A stretch of DNA of 64,000 bases from Chthoniobacterales bacterium (GCA_038207335.1 JBBQZX010000005.1:1-64000); one strand, 5' to 3'. Shown: positions 1-10,628, counted from the first letter of the stretch. Notes: generated by a model not told the origin, from the letters alone. Program-made: numbers and translations.

Positions 1-743
1 GAGTCGCCGGTGTGCACGCCCATCGGATCGACGTTTTCGATCGAGCAAATGATCACGCAGTTGTCCGCGCGGTCGCGCATCACCTCCATCTCGAACTCCT
101 TCCAGCCGAGCAAACTTTCCTCCACCAGCACCTCCGTGACCGGCGACAAATCGAGCCCGCGCGTGACGATCTCCTCGAACTCCTCGCGATTGTAAGCGAT
201 GCCGCCGCCGCTCCCGCCGAGCGTGAACGCGGGCCGGATGATCAGCGGCATCGTCCCGATTTCCGCCGCCACCGCGCGCGCCTCCTCCATCGTGTGCGCC
301 GTGCCGGAGTGCGGCATATCGAGCCCGATCTTGATCATCGCATCCTTGAACGCCTGCCGATCCTCGCCCTTGTGAATCGCCGCCGCATTCGCGCCGATCA
401 TCTTCACGCCATGCTTTTCGAGCACGCCGCTCTCGAAAAGTTTCATCGCGCAATTCAGCGCCGTCTGCCCGCCGAGCGTCGGCAGGAGCGCATCCGGCTT
501 CTCCCGCTCGATGATTTTCTCCACCACCTCCGGCGTGATCGGCTCGATGTAAGTGCGATCCGCAAACTCCGGATCGGTCATGATCGTCGCCGGATTCGAG
601 TTCACCAAAATCACGCTGTAGCCCTCTTCCTTGAGCGCCTTGCAAGCCTGCACGCCCGAGTAGTCGAACTCGCACCCCTGCCCGATCACGATGGGCCCGG
701 AGCCGATGAGGAGGATTTTGTGAAGAGAAGTGTCTTTGGGCAT
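1..743 (-). CDS. carB: Carbamoyl-phosphate synthase large subunit, N-terminal part (runs off the window's left edge)
   Basis: Minus strand from ATG at 743 reads [68 protein letters not shown]...[11 protein letters not shown], the canonical CarB N-terminus. Absent from the ORF track because it has no stop inside the window. Confidence 0.97.
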   Translation of the reverse strand, partial: MPKDTSLHKILLIGSGPIVIGQGCEFDYSGVQACKALKEEGYSVILVNSNPATIMTDPEFADRTYIEPITPEVVEKIIEREKPDALLPTLGGQTALNCAMKLFESGVLEKHGVKMIGANAAAIHKGEDRQAFKDAMIKIGLDMPHSGTAHTMEEARAVAAEIGTMPLIIRPAFTLGGSGGGIAYNREEFEEIVTRGLDLSPVTEVLVEESLLGWKEFEMEVMRDRADNCVIICSIENVDPMGVHTGD

Positions 744-995
744 GGCAGGAGTAGCGTGAAACGCCCACGGAGGCGGGGACGCGGGCGTGCTTTCGGCAAA
801 AGTGGCGAGGTGGATACCAGACCGCCACGCTGCCCGCAACCGCGAGTGCGCGCCCGCGGCAGAAATCTGGATCTTTTCAGCTCCACTGCCAGCCGGGCTT
901 GCGAATGTGCTCGAGCGTCTGGCGCACATTAAAGCCGCACGCTGCGTCCGCGACGAAATCGCTTCGGTGAATTTTAAAAACAGTCCGGCGCAGGC

Positions 996-1220
996 GGCTG
1001 AGACGAACGCGGCGGCTTCGTCGTGAGTGCCGTGGATTCCAATGTGGTGTTCCACGTGGCCTACGATCATGTGCTCGGCGGCGTGGACCGAGTCACACTC
1101 TGGGAACAGCGCGTGTCGCTCGTCGGCCGTATGATCAAGTTCAAACACCAGACCAGCGTCACGAAGGAAGCGCTGCGGTTCCCGAAGCTTGCCGGGTTCC
1201 GTGAGGCGTGGGACCTGTGA
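996..1220 (+). pseudogene. C-terminal (OB-fold) remnant of a small ATP-dependent DNA ligase
   Basis: Frame reads [73 protein letters not shown]. This resembles the 'W..R..L.G..VKFK.....K..PRFP.F.GFR...D' ending (motif VI) of minimal ATP-dependent ligases. In-frame TGA at 999-1001; no adenylation domain upstream. Confidence 0.6.
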
Positions 1221-1265
1221 TGCAGGCGCCGGGGCTCGCCTCCGAAAACGCTCGCATGGTTGCAC

Positions 1266-1304
1266 AAAATGGCCGCGGCGAGTCGCTGGAGGACTCGCCG
1301 CGGC
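1266..1304 (-). terminator. Perfect 13-bp hairpin, possible intrinsic terminator
   Basis: GCCGCGGCGAGTC (1272-1284), 7-nt loop, GACTCGCCGCGGC (1292-1304); followed by CATTTT on the minus strand. Confidence 0.5.
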
Positions 1305-1375
1305 GCAGTATGAATCGAAGACCTTCTTGCGATCTTCGGACGGTCAGCAGGATGGCTGTTTCCAGCCGCCGCTCG

Positions 1376-1536
1376 TCAGTTCGGCAGCGTGACGGACTTT
1401 ATGAGGTGCGTCGGGCCGAACTGGTCGTCGAAGCCATAGGCGCGAAGCTTCAAACGGCGGCGGTAAGGGCCGCCGCGAAGACGGCAGTCAGTTTGTGGAT
1501 GGTGAGGTTGAGTGGTTTGCAGGTAAGCATTGCCAT
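1376..1536 (-). pseudogene. Possible decayed gene start (signal-peptide-like)
   Basis: An A/C-rich leader precedes ATG 1536; reads MAMLTCKPLNLTIHKLTAVFAAALTAAV*SFA, then a shifted frame gives YGFDDQFGPTHLIKSVTLPN*. No family recognised. Confidence 0.2.
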
Positions 1537-1904
1537 GGAGTGTGTTTGTGTTGTTTGTGTTGATTGGCGGAAGGTGGTGTTCCGCACGCCTGAAACCTCA
1601 ACCACCAGTGTGGCAGCCGGATGTCGGTAACGAAATTATCGCGCTACCCCGCTCTCCGATTCGGGCAGCGGAAAACGCGCCGTGTCTTGCTAGAAGCGCT
1701 CCGGCCTTGGCTTAAATTCCGCCATTTGCCTCATCTTTCGCGCCAACCGAAGGCGGCTCCGAACAATGCTGAAAAATATAGCGCAACACTTCCGCTTCCC
1801 GCTCGCGGGTTGGCTGAACGAGGCAATGGCATGTCTGCAACCACCATCCCAAGCCATGCGCAAACGATTACGCACTCTGCGTAGTCAGCGAAAACCCGAG
1901 GCCT

Positions 1905-2279
1905 TTGAACTTGAAACCAAAGTGCCGCGCACCTTCGGCCTTGCCGTCGGGCTACCACGTCTGCTATCCGGTGAGGACGGGCCGTGCGACCAACGGCCAG
2001 GAACTCGCCGCGCCCACATTCAACGGTGCGACCTGGCGGGCTGACCGCGCCGGTTCACTCACCTGCGAGCCGGACGAAATGCCCTGCGAGCTTCCTCCCC
2101 CAAAACACGCGGATGTGACGGGGCAGACGGGCTGGCAGAATGGGCTGCCATCCAAGGCCTCGCACCTGAAGCTGCGCAGCCTGACGAGCGGGACGCTCTA
2201 TGCCGTGCGGCTGGCGATGGTGGGCGCGGGGCAGGTGGTGGGGCCGTGGAGAGATGTGGTCATCAAGCGCGCGCCGTGA
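1905..2279 (+). pseudogene. Decayed fibronectin type III domain protein (C-terminal part)
   Basis: Ends DVTGQTGWQNGLPSKASHLKLRSLTSGTLYAVRLAMVGAGQVVGPWRDVVIKRAP*, matching the FnIII 'L.SG..Y.VR....G....GPWS' pattern. The upstream part looks degenerate. The end overlaps the recD stop by 17 nt. Confidence 0.55.
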
Positions 2280-3927
2280 CGGGGAGGCTCAGCCGCGCCC
2301 GCAGCCCCGAGTCGCGCTGAATCTGCCGGCCGATCGCGGCGCGCAGACTTTCCTCGCGATACCAGACGTCCACGCGCGCCCGGGCGCGGGTTAGGCCGGT
2401 GTAGAGGAGTTCGCGGGTGAGCACGGGGCTTTCGTCGGCGGGCAGGATGAGGAGCACGTTTTCAAACTCGGAGCCCTGGCCCTTGTGGACTGTCATCGCA
2501 TAGGCCAGCTCGTGCTCGGGCAGGCGCGGGGGTGAGACCTGGCGCAGGCTGCCATCCACATCGGAAAACCACACGGCCAGCGCGCCGCTTTCATCCGGCC
2601 ACAGGATGCCGATGTCGCCGTTGAAAAGGTGAAGCTGATAGTCATTGCGGGTCACCATCACCGGCATCCCGGCATAGGTTTGCTGCCCGCCCGCGATGAG
2701 TCCTTCCTTTCGCAGGATACTCTCGATCGCGCGGTTGAGCTTCACCACGCCATAAGGCCCGACACGCATCGCGCAAAGCACCCGGAAGCGCAGGAACTCC
2801 TTCAACGCATTGCCCACACTCCCCGCCCGGAGATAGCCCGAGTAACCCGCGATGACATGCTCGCGCAGTGTCAGCGGGAGTTGCCCCGGTTTCGGCACGA
2901 GCGCGCTGCCCAGCTCCGGGGTGCTATTGGAAAGTAAGACCTCGAGGGCTGGATTCACCTGTCCGGTGCGGACTAGCTCGCAGAGCTTCGCAATCGCGCT
3001 GTCATCCCCGAAGCGATAGTTCTTTTGCAAAGTCACCAAGCTGCCGTGCAAAGGACTCGCAGGCTCCGAAGCAGCGTCCGCGATTTCCCCCAGCACCGCG
3101 CCCGGCTCCACCGAGGCGAGCTGGTAACGATCGCCAAGCAGGATGATCCGCGCGCTGGCCGGCAGCGCGTCGAAGAGCTTTGCCATGAGAGTCAGCGACA
3201 CCATCGAGGCTTCATCGACGATCATGACATCGACCGGGAGCGGGTTCTTCGAGTCGTGCCGGAAAAAGACCGAGCCAGGCCGCGAGCCGAGCAGCCGGTG
3301 GAGTGTGGAAACTGACTTCGGCAGCGTGTTGCCCTCCGCGTACGACTCGCGCGCAGACCGCAAGCTCTCCTGCAAGCGCGCCGCCGCCTTGCCCGTCGGC
3401 GCAGCCAGCGCGATTCGAAGCCCCGCTCCATCCGCGCCACTCATGAGACGCCGGAGAATCTTCAAAACAGTGGTGGTCTTCCCCGTCCCCGGCCCGCCCG
3501 AGATGACTACAAATCGCCGCGCCACTGCCGTCTCGATAGCGAGCTGTTGCAAGTCTTGCTCGGCCTTCACCACCGCCTGCGAGTCGCAGCGCTGCACGAT
3601 CGCGCGAGCCAGGAGCGTCTCGTAGTCCCAATACCTCCGGAGGTAGAGCCGGCCTTCACTCGTCAGGACGAGCGGCGTTGCTTCATCCGCCGTGCCGATA
3701 GCCCGGTTGAGACCTAGCGCGCGTTGCAACTCCGCCAGGTCTGGCCACGCCACATCCATCATTGGCGGCTTCGTGAGATCGAGGCAGATATGCCCGAGAC
3801 GGATGTTGCGGCTGAGAAAAGCGACCGCCATTTCCAAAAGCTCACCGCCTCCAAAGCTCGCGATGAACTCCGCAAAGTGGCGGTCGAGGTCATCGAAATC
3901 CGGTCGCGCCAGCAGCTCAGATGTCAT
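2263..3927 (-). CDS. recD: Exodeoxyribonuclease V alpha subunit RecD
   Basis: Walker A SGGPGTGKTT, AAPTGKAAARL, IVDEASMV, YAMTVHKGQGSEF, ELLYTGLTRAR; ATGA overlap with the recB stop. Confidence 0.96.
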   Translation of the reverse strand: MTSELLARPDFDDLDRHFAEFIASFGGGELLEMAVAFLSRNIRLGHICLDLTKPPMMDVAWPDLAELQRALGLNRAIGTADEATPLVLTSEGRLYLRRYWDYETLLARAIVQRCDSQAVVKAEQDLQQLAIETAVARRFVVISGGPGTGKTTTVLKILRRLMSGADGAGLRIALAAPTGKAAARLQESLRSARESYAEGNTLPKSVSTLHRLLGSRPGSVFFRHDSKNPLPVDVMIVDEASMVSLTLMAKLFDALPASARIILLGDRYQLASVEPGAVLGEIADAASEPASPLHGSLVTLQKNYRFGDDSAIAKLCELVRTGQVNPALEVLLSNSTPELGSALVPKPGQLPLTLREHVIAGYSGYLRAGSVGNALKEFLRFRVLCAMRVGPYGVVKLNRAIESILRKEGLIAGGQQTYAGMPVMVTRNDYQLHLFNGDIGILWPDESGALAVWFSDVDGSLRQVSPPRLPEHELAYAMTVHKGQGSEFENVLLILPADESPVLTRELLYTGLTRARARVDVWYREESLRAAIGRQIQRDSGLRARLSLPVTARA

Positions 3928-6900
3928 GCGCCGATGAGTTCCTTCTTCAAGGCCTCCACGAGCCGCCCATCCGGCTTGTCCTTGAAAATCCCGCGTCCTG
4001 GAACCGCCGAGTCGATCCCGCGGACAAAGACATAGAACACGCCGCCGAAGTGAGTCTCGTAGTCATAGCCCGCCAGCCGCCGCCGGAGGTATAAGTCCGC
4101 GGCGACCGTGTAGAGATGGTATTGCAGAAAGTAGAGATGCTGCGACATGCAAGCGCGCATCCCGGCTTCGTCGTAGTCCGCGAGCCGGTTGCCGAACCAG
4201 TTCGATTTCCAATCGATGAGATAGTAGCGGCCATCGAACAGAAACAGGCAATCCATCACGCCGCGCATATAGCCTTTCACCGGATTGAACTGCATCCGCC
4301 CCAGCCGCTCCGGCAGCGCATCGGGCAAATTGGAAAGGTCGCGGCTCTGCTCGAACACACGCTTCAAGTGCGCCGGGCGCAAGTCCGCGACCGGATGCGT
4401 GAACTGCACTTCATTCAGCCGCGCCTCCGGGGTGACTCTGCTGAGATTCACACCGGGAGCCAGCTCGGCATCGAGCAGCTTCCTGACTTGCCGGGCAAAG
4501 CCTTCGCCAATCTTCGGCTCGTGCATCCCATGCGCGATGAGCTTTGCACTCACCAGTGCATCGATCGACTCGGGCGCGGTAAAGTCGAGATTCTCCAGCA
4601 CGTCGTGCATGAAGACGCCCGCGCGCACCCCGCGCTCAAACTCCGCGAGTTCCGCCAGCTCTCCATCTTCCTCCAGCGCGTCCTCCGGCATCGCCACCGC
4701 ATCGCGATCCGGCGCTTCCTCCGACTTGCCCGAGGTCAGTCCCGTGAAGCTCGCGATCATCTGAACCTGCGGGATCGTGCCGTGGAAAGTCCTGCAACTC
4801 AGCGCCTCGTCCTCGCGCGCTTCCGAGCCTTCTTCCGGCGTGAAAGTGGAAGGCACGCCAATGGTCGTGACAGCGATCGCATCCGGCGCTTTTGCAGCTA
4901 GCGCGTGCAGCGCCTGCGCGGCCTCCGTGCTTCCCAGCAGATAGGCCAGGGGAGAGTTGTCGAAGTTGCTGATATTCCCCGCGTAGATGTAGCACCGGTT
5001 CTGCGCGCGCGTCACCGCGACGTATAGCACTCGCAAAGACTCCGCCAGGCGCTCCTCGCCTGTCTTCTCATCGTTGTCGGGCGCGGCGCTCTTGTCGCGC
5101 AGGTCTAGTGTCAGCCGGTCCTTTTCACTGGGATCGTGAAAGATGATTTCCGAGCGCTTGCTGCCGTCGCCTGCCTTCCACAGGAAAGGACAAAAGACCA
5201 CCGGATACTCCAGTCCCTTGCTCTTGTGGATGGTCGTGAGCTGGACGCCATCTTCATCGCTCTCGAGCCGGAGCTGATCTTCCTCACTCGATCCCATCTC
5301 GCTGAAACGCCTCTCCAGAAGCCACGCGCAAAGCCCGCCAGGAGTCAGCCGCCGCTCGCGCTCGGCCTGATGAAGCAGCTCCGCGAGGTGCAGGAAATTC
5401 GTGAGCGCGCGCTCGCCACCCGGCAGCAGCACCAGCCGCTCGCGCACTTGGCGTTTGATGAGTATCTGTCGGAAAACGGCGATGAACCCGCTGCTTTCCC
5501 AAAGCGTGCGATACCCTATGAACTCGGTAAGGCAGCGCTGCCACGCTGGCTCGTCCTGTTCGAGACCTACAAGTTCCGTGGCAGTCGAACCAATGAGCCT
5601 CGTGGCCAGCGCAGTCTTCAGCGAGGAGGTGTGATTCGGAGTTGTCACACCTTTCAAAAGCCGCAGCAGCTCCGAAGCCTCCAGTGTGTGAAAGACGCTC
5701 GCCTCGGTCTGCAGGACGCTCTTGATCCCACGTGCCCGTAGCAGGTTTTGCAGATTCGCCGCCTGTGCGTTCGAGCGCACGAGCACTGCCATGTCGCCAT
5801 AGGCCAGCGGTCGTTCGCCCAGCCGCGCACCGCTGGCTTTCACTCGCACGATGTCCTCGACCACTGCATCGCTGATCGCGTCCTCGGCATCGCTTTGATG
5901 GTGATTTTCCTCCAGCCAGCGAAACCTCAGCGGCGGCTCGGCTTCCACTTCCTGCAGCGCGACGAATGACTTCTTTGGTACCTTCGGCGCGCTGACTGGC
6001 AGGTGCGCGATTTGCGGGATGAGGAAAGGCTGGCTGACATTCGCAAAGAGCGCGTTCGTGCCATCGAGCAGTGCTGCCTCCGATCGAAAGTTCGTGCGCA
6101 GCGTGAACTTCGCCGCTCCATCCGCGGCTCGCAAATAGGTGAAGACATCCGCGCCGCGAAAGCCGTAGATCGCCTGCTTCGGGTCGCCGATATAGACTAG
6201 GTGATGCGCACCTCCGGCAAAGAGACGGCGGAAGATTTCGTATTGGGCCGGGTCGGTATCCTGGAACTCATCGAGCAGCGCCGCGTGATACTTTCCACCA
6301 ATCACCGCTGTGAATGCCTCGCCGCCCGGGCCGGCGAGCGCGTCTCGCAACTGCGTCGTGAGATCGTCGTAAGTGAGGACATTTAGCCGCTCTTTTCGCA
6401 CCGGCAGCTCGCGCCGGGCAAAGGCGATGAAGTCGTGGGTTAGCTGGTGAAAGTAGAGCGATGAAAGGCCCTTGAACTCTTCGCATAAGTCAAAGAGCGG
6501 ACTCGTGGGTGCGGTGCCAGTCTTCTTCGTGCAGCCCGCGACTTCGGAGGTGGCGAGCTTCGTCAAAGCCGACAGGCTCGCAGGCGTGGCGGATGACAGG
6601 TCGGCGGTGAGTTCCTCAAAAGCCGCGACAATTTGCTCCACGCCTTCTTGCGAAAAGTGCGAGTTCTTCTTGTCTCGCGAGAGGCTCTTGTCATCGCGCA
6701 GAAGCCGGCCGACTCGGTCGCCGCTCGTCTTCCACTCGGCCATGATTTTGGCAAAGCTCTCCTCGATCTTTCCCAGCAACTCCTCGCAGCATATCTCGCC
6801 GGGCGGCGGGATGATCGCGAGGTCGGGATGATTCCTCATCCGCTGCAGCAGCGCGATCCAATCGCCAAGCGAACGGCCTGCGGACAGGGCGAGCCGGGCG

Positions 6901-7409
6901 AGCAGCGGCGAGCAGTGGTAGAACTGCGAGCGCCAGAAATCGTGCGCGATTTCCTCGAAGATCGCGCCGGGATCGGCCAGCAGCTCCATGTCGAAGAGCA
7001 GGCCGCTTTCAAAAGCATTCTCGCGCAACACGCGCTGGCAGAAGCCGTGCATCGTGAAGATTTGCGCTTCGTCGAAGCTCTGCACGGCGACGTTCAGCTC
7101 GCGGATCGCCCCTCGCACGTCGCCGCTGGCGAGTGCCTTTTGCGTGATGGCGTCGTCGCTCTCGCCGCGGCGCAAATCCTCGTGCGCATCGTGCAGGCGG
7201 CGGCGCACCCGGTCGCGCAGCTCCGCGGTCGCGGCATTGGTAAAAGTCACGGCCAGGATGCGGGCGATGGGCACGTGATCTTCCAGGACGAGTCTCAGAA
7301 AGATGCCTGCGATGGTGTAGGTCTTGCCGGTGCCCGCGCTGGCCTCGATGAGCGTGACGCCGGGCACCAGCGGAGTCTCCGCGACGTCGAAAGGCGCGAA
7401 GCCTTTCAT
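3924..7409 (-). CDS. recB: Exodeoxyribonuclease V beta subunit RecB
   Basis: Start trimmed to ATG 7409 (MKGFAPFD..., overlapping the recC stop). Motifs: IEASAGTGKTYTI, LLDEFQDTD, IGDPKQAIYGFRGAD, TIHKSKGLEYP, YVAVTRA, nuclease RGVMD..YYLIDWKSN..QYHLY. Confidence 0.96.
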   Translation of the reverse strand: MKGFAPFDVAETPLVPGVTLIEASAGTGKTYTIAGIFLRLVLEDHVPIARILAVTFTNAATAELRDRVRRRLHDAHEDLRRGESDDAITQKALASGDVRGAIRELNVAVQSFDEAQIFTMHGFCQRVLRENAFESGLLFDMELLADPGAIFEEIAHDFWRSQFYHCSPLLARLALSAGRSLGDWIALLQRMRNHPDLAIIPPPGEICCEELLGKIEESFAKIMAEWKTSGDRVGRLLRDDKSLSRDKKNSHFSQEGVEQIVAAFEELTADLSSATPASLSALTKLATSEVAGCTKKTGTAPTSPLFDLCEEFKGLSSLYFHQLTHDFIAFARRELPVRKERLNVLTYDDLTTQLRDALAGPGGEAFTAVIGGKYHAALLDEFQDTDPAQYEIFRRLFAGGAHHLVYIGDPKQAIYGFRGADVFTYLRAADGAAKFTLRTNFRSEAALLDGTNALFANVSQPFLIPQIAHLPVSAPKVPKKSFVALQEVEAEPPLRFRWLEENHHQSDAEDAISDAVVEDIVRVKASGARLGERPLAYGDMAVLVRSNAQAANLQNLLRARGIKSVLQTEASVFHTLEASELLRLLKGVTTPNHTSSLKTALATRLIGSTATELVGLEQDEPAWQRCLTEFIGYRTLWESSGFIAVFRQILIKRQVRERLVLLPGGERALTNFLHLAELLHQAERERRLTPGGLCAWLLERRFSEMGSSEEDQLRLESDEDGVQLTTIHKSKGLEYPVVFCPFLWKAGDGSKRSEIIFHDPSEKDRLTLDLRDKSAAPDNDEKTGEERLAESLRVLYVAVTRAQNRCYIYAGNISNFDNSPLAYLLGSTEAAQALHALAAKAPDAIAVTTIGVPSTFTPEEGSEAREDEALSCRTFHGTIPQVQMIASFTGLTSGKSEEAPDRDAVAMPEDALEEDGELAELAEFERGVRAGVFMHDVLENLDFTAPESIDALVSAKLIAHGMHEPKIGEGFARQVRKLLDAELAPGVNLSRVTPEARLNEVQFTHPVADLRPAHLKRVFEQSRDLSNLPDALPERLGRMQFNPVKGYMRGVMDCLFLFDGRYYLIDWKSNWFGNRLADYDEAGMRACMSQHLYFLQYHLYTVAADLYLRRRLAGYDYETHFGGVFYVFVRGIDSAVPGRGIFKDKPDGRLVEALKKELIGA

Positions 7410-10400
7410 GCGGGTTTGGAGACGTGCTGGAGCATGGGAATGAAGACCGCGAGCGCCAGCTTTGTGAACTCTTCGCCGAGCGGGTTGCCATCGCCGAACA
7501 GGTAGTCGTTGTGGCGGTCGTTCTTCTCGCCGCCGCCTGTCCAAGTCGAGCCATGCCATTCGGCCTCGGCCTTTCTCATGGCTGTCGATCTAGGCGGCGG
7601 CGTAAGCGTGGCCGCGGCAAAGGCCATCGCCGAGGCGGGAAAGAATGGCAGGGGGCGGGTAAGTCCCAGCCAGTAGGTATCCAATAGGTCTGCGAGGATG
7701 GAGGCGGAGTCGGCGGGCGGCGCTAAACGCACGATGGTATCGGTGCCCAGCAACACGGTCTCGGTCGCGGACTCGGGGTGGACCGCGCATTTCGCAAGAT
7801 GAAAGACCCACGCGCGGAGCATGTCCTTTGGCTTGATGGAGCTGCTGCGAAAGTGGACGAGCTTTCTGCCGTAGATGGATTCTATCTTGCCCGTGACGAC
7901 GAATTGTCCCAAAGGCAAGGAAATGAGCAACGGCTCGGCTTGCGTGTGTCCCGCGAGTTCCGGTTGGAGCTTTGCCCAAAAGGTTTCCGTGTCCTTTTTC
8001 ATCTCATGAAAGTGCGAGACGCCGATCTCGCCGAGTGGCAGGGCGGCGTGGCCCGACGGCTCCAGCGGGGCGCTATCGACGGCGCGTGACAGGAGTTCTT
8101 CGCGGAAGTGGTAGGATTGCAGCGAGTCGAGGGAGAAAGGCTCGCTATCGCCAAGCGAGTCGTCCCTTTCCTCCAAGCGGATGCCCGCGCGCTCGCGAAG
8201 AAAGTAAGCCGCCGGGCTGGCAAAGAACTGGACGAGCTTGTGGAGGTCGATGGTGCGGAATTCATCACCCGGCTCCGGAACCGCGCCGGTTAGAAAGGCA
8301 GGTGCGGCAAGCGTCTCGCCGCCGCGAATCCTTTGCGCCGCGGCGAGGTTTGCGCGCGAGTAGGTGAAGAGCTTCGAGTGATCTCCCGTGAAGTAGCGGT
8401 CGCTGAAAGCATGGAGCCGATGCTCGCGTGTGAGATGGTCGCGGGCTTTCACTTCATCAGGAAAGGTGCAGGATTGGTCGAGGCAATCGAGCAGCTCGCT
8501 GACTAGGACAGAAGGCGGCAGCAGCGCGTTGTCGATCACCGAGCGGCCCAGGTAGCTGATGTAGAGGCGTTCGTGGGCGGAGATCAGGGTTTCTAGGAAG
8601 ATGTAGCGATCGTCGTCGCGCGAGGATCGGTCGCCGAGGCGGCGCTCCTTTGTCATCCAGTCAAAGGCCATCGCGCTGGACTGGCGCGGAAAGGCCTGGT
8701 CGCTCATGCCTAGCAGCGCGACGACCTTCGCGGGGATGCTGCGCATCGGCTGGAGCGCGCAGAATGTCACTCCGCCAGCTAGGAAGCCGCCACGGCTCTC
8801 GCCTTCGTCGAGTAGCTGCCGCAAGTGATGCTGGATGACGCGGAACTCGACCGGCTCTTCGTAGTCGAGCGCCGCAGAGTCGCGCCGGAGTTGGTCGATC
8901 GTGGCCCAGATGGTTTCCAGCTCGGCAAGGTCTTCTGGAGTCTCGGTCGGGAAGAATCGCCGCACGATTTTCGCGAGCGCATCGGGCCACTGCCGCAGCG
9001 GGCGCGCGCGGGGGAGCGTCGTCGCGAGGTCGAACATCGCGTCGCTCGCGGAAAGGAAGCGGCCGAGGACTTCGGCGGAAGTTCCCTCTACTTCGTCGTG
9101 CGGCATTATGCCATCGAAAGTGATGCGGTTTCCTCCGCGCATCGCATAGCCCAGCAGCAGACGGCGCAGGCCCGCGCGCCAAGTGTGGCCTTCCAAATCG
9201 GGCAAGTCGAAGCCGGCGCGATGCTTTCCATCGATGCCCCAGCGGATGCCCGTCTCGGCGATCCACGCGCGGATCGTGGCCAGTTCTTCATCGGAAAACT
9301 CGAAGCGCTGACGGATGGGAACCCGCTCGAGCAGCGAGTAGATTTCCGAGGCGGTGACACGGCTCCCGGCGAGGCCGAAGAGCGCGGTGAGTGTTTCGAC
9401 CGCGGCGTTGTCGGTGCCCGCGCGGCGGTCGGCGACGCTGTAGGGAATGTGACGCTGCGAGTCCTCTGGACAGCCGAAGACCGCGTGGATCAGGGGCGCG
9501 TATTTCTCGATGTCGGGCGTCATCACGAGGATGTCGCGCGGCTGCAGCTCAGGGTCGGCGTCGAGCATCGCGAGCAGGTGATCGTAAAGCACCTCAACCT
9601 CGCGCATCGGCGAATGGCACGAGTGGATTTGCACGGAGTCGTCGTCCGCGCTGATTGCCACTTTCGGTAGATCACCGTCGTTGCGATTCGCCGCGTGGAG
9701 AAGGTCGTGCTGGATGAGTTCCAGCATCGAGCTAGAAGCAGGGTCGATGAAGACGGGCGGCTGGTCGCGGGTGAGGAAGCCGGCTTCCTCGTCCAAGGCG
9801 ATACGGAGGTCGGTAAAGTCGCGGTTGAGCTTGCCTAGCGAAGCGAGCAAAGGATTGCCCGCTTCGTCGCTGGCGCCAGTTTCAAGCATGGCTCGCTTTT
9901 TCCCGGAAAGGTCGTGGCTGAAATACTCCTGCGAAGGCTCGAGTGAGTAAAGGTGGACTTCGCAGTGGCGCGAAAGCTGGAAGAAGACTCGGAGATAGAA
10001 TGGCGGGATCGAGGAAAGGCCGAAGATCGAGATGCGCTCCGGCAGGTCCCCGCGCTCGGGAGGCGCAGCCATGCGCTGTTCCAAAGCCTCGGCGATGGCT
10101 GCCAGGTGCAATGGCTCGCTCTCGGCGACCAATGCACGCCATAGGATCGCCTGCCAGTCTTTTTCAGTCCGGTCGCGCTGCCAGCGCATCATCATGTCTG
10201 GCCGATAGACCAAGTATTGATCGAAGAGATGCGCGAGCTTCTCGGCGAGTTGAAAGGCCTTCAAGCCATCGTCCTTTGCGAGGTATCCAGTCACTTGCCT
10301 GAACTCCGGTTTCTCCGACAAGGAAGGCAGCAGGCGGAAGATTTTCCACGCCATGACATGCACACTGAAGTCGCTCTCCGGCGCCATCTTCGGAAAGAAC

Positions 10401-10624
10401 TGCCGCAGCGTTCTTTCGACGAATAGCTTTGGGAAAGGGAATTTGCAGTTCATGCAAATGCCCGACAGCTGGGCTATTTGCAGGGAGAGCCAGCGGGCCA
10501 TGCCGCCGCTATGCACGATGACGATCTCCGGCGTGAGCGGAGAGTGCAGCGGAGAGGCTGTCGCGGCGGCGAGTTGCTGCGCGAGTGCGTCGAGGCGGTT
10601 GCTCGTGTAGAGCTGGAGGCTCAA
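7406..10624 (-). CDS. recC: Exodeoxyribonuclease V gamma subunit RecC
   Basis: LYTSNRLDAL, GMARWLSLQIA, LFDQYLVYRPD, NPLLASLGK, HSCHSPMREVEVLYD, PMRSIPAKVVALLGM, DDRYIFLETLISA; TTG start. Confidence 0.95.
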   Translation of the reverse strand: MSLQLYTSNRLDALAQQLAAATASPLHSPLTPEIVIVHSGGMARWLSLQIAQLSGICMNCKFPFPKLFVERTLRQFFPKMAPESDFSVHVMAWKIFRLLPSLSEKPEFRQVTGYLAKDDGLKAFQLAEKLAHLFDQYLVYRPDMMMRWQRDRTEKDWQAILWRALVAESEPLHLAAIAEALEQRMAAPPERGDLPERISIFGLSSIPPFYLRVFFQLSRHCEVHLYSLEPSQEYFSHDLSGKKRAMLETGASDEAGNPLLASLGKLNRDFTDLRIALDEEAGFLTRDQPPVFIDPASSSMLELIQHDLLHAANRNDGDLPKVAISADDDSVQIHSCHSPMREVEVLYDHLLAMLDADPELQPRDILVMTPDIEKYAPLIHAVFGCPEDSQRHIPYSVADRRAGTDNAAVETLTALFGLAGSRVTASEIYSLLERVPIRQRFEFSDEELATIRAWIAETGIRWGIDGKHRAGFDLPDLEGHTWRAGLRRLLLGYAMRGGNRITFDGIMPHDEVEGTSAEVLGRFLSASDAMFDLATTLPRARPLRQWPDALAKIVRRFFPTETPEDLAELETIWATIDQLRRDSAALDYEEPVEFRVIQHHLRQLLDEGESRGGFLAGGVTFCALQPMRSIPAKVVALLGMSDQAFPRQSSAMAFDWMTKERRLGDRSSRDDDRYIFLETLISAHERLYISYLGRSVIDNALLPPSVLVSELLDCLDQSCTFPDEVKARDHLTREHRLHAFSDRYFTGDHSKLFTYSRANLAAAQRIRGGETLAAPAFLTGAVPEPGDEFRTIDLHKLVQFFASPAAYFLRERAGIRLEERDDSLGDSEPFSLDSLQSYHFREELLSRAVDSAPLEPSGHAALPLGEIGVSHFHEMKKDTETFWAKLQPELAGHTQAEPLLISLPLGQFVVTGKIESIYGRKLVHFRSSSIKPKDMLRAWVFHLAKCAVHPESATETVLLGTDTIVRLAPPADSASILADLLDTYWLGLTRPLPFFPASAMAFAAATLTPPPRSTAMRKAEAEWHGSTWTGGGEKNDRHNDYLFGDGNPLGEEFTKLALAVFIPMLQHVSKPA

Positions 10625-10628
10625 AGGC

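Noticed and set aside
7410..7559. N-terminal extensions given by the ORF track (recB, hemB, LysR, MarR, gpsA, KS, tsaE, 59676 start of the large protein)
   Set aside because: They overlap neighbouring genes; motif starts, ATGA coupling and promoter spacing support the shorter starts.
2263..10624. Anti-phage helicase/nuclease defence system
   Set aside because: Motifs and gene order match ordinary recC-recB-recD.
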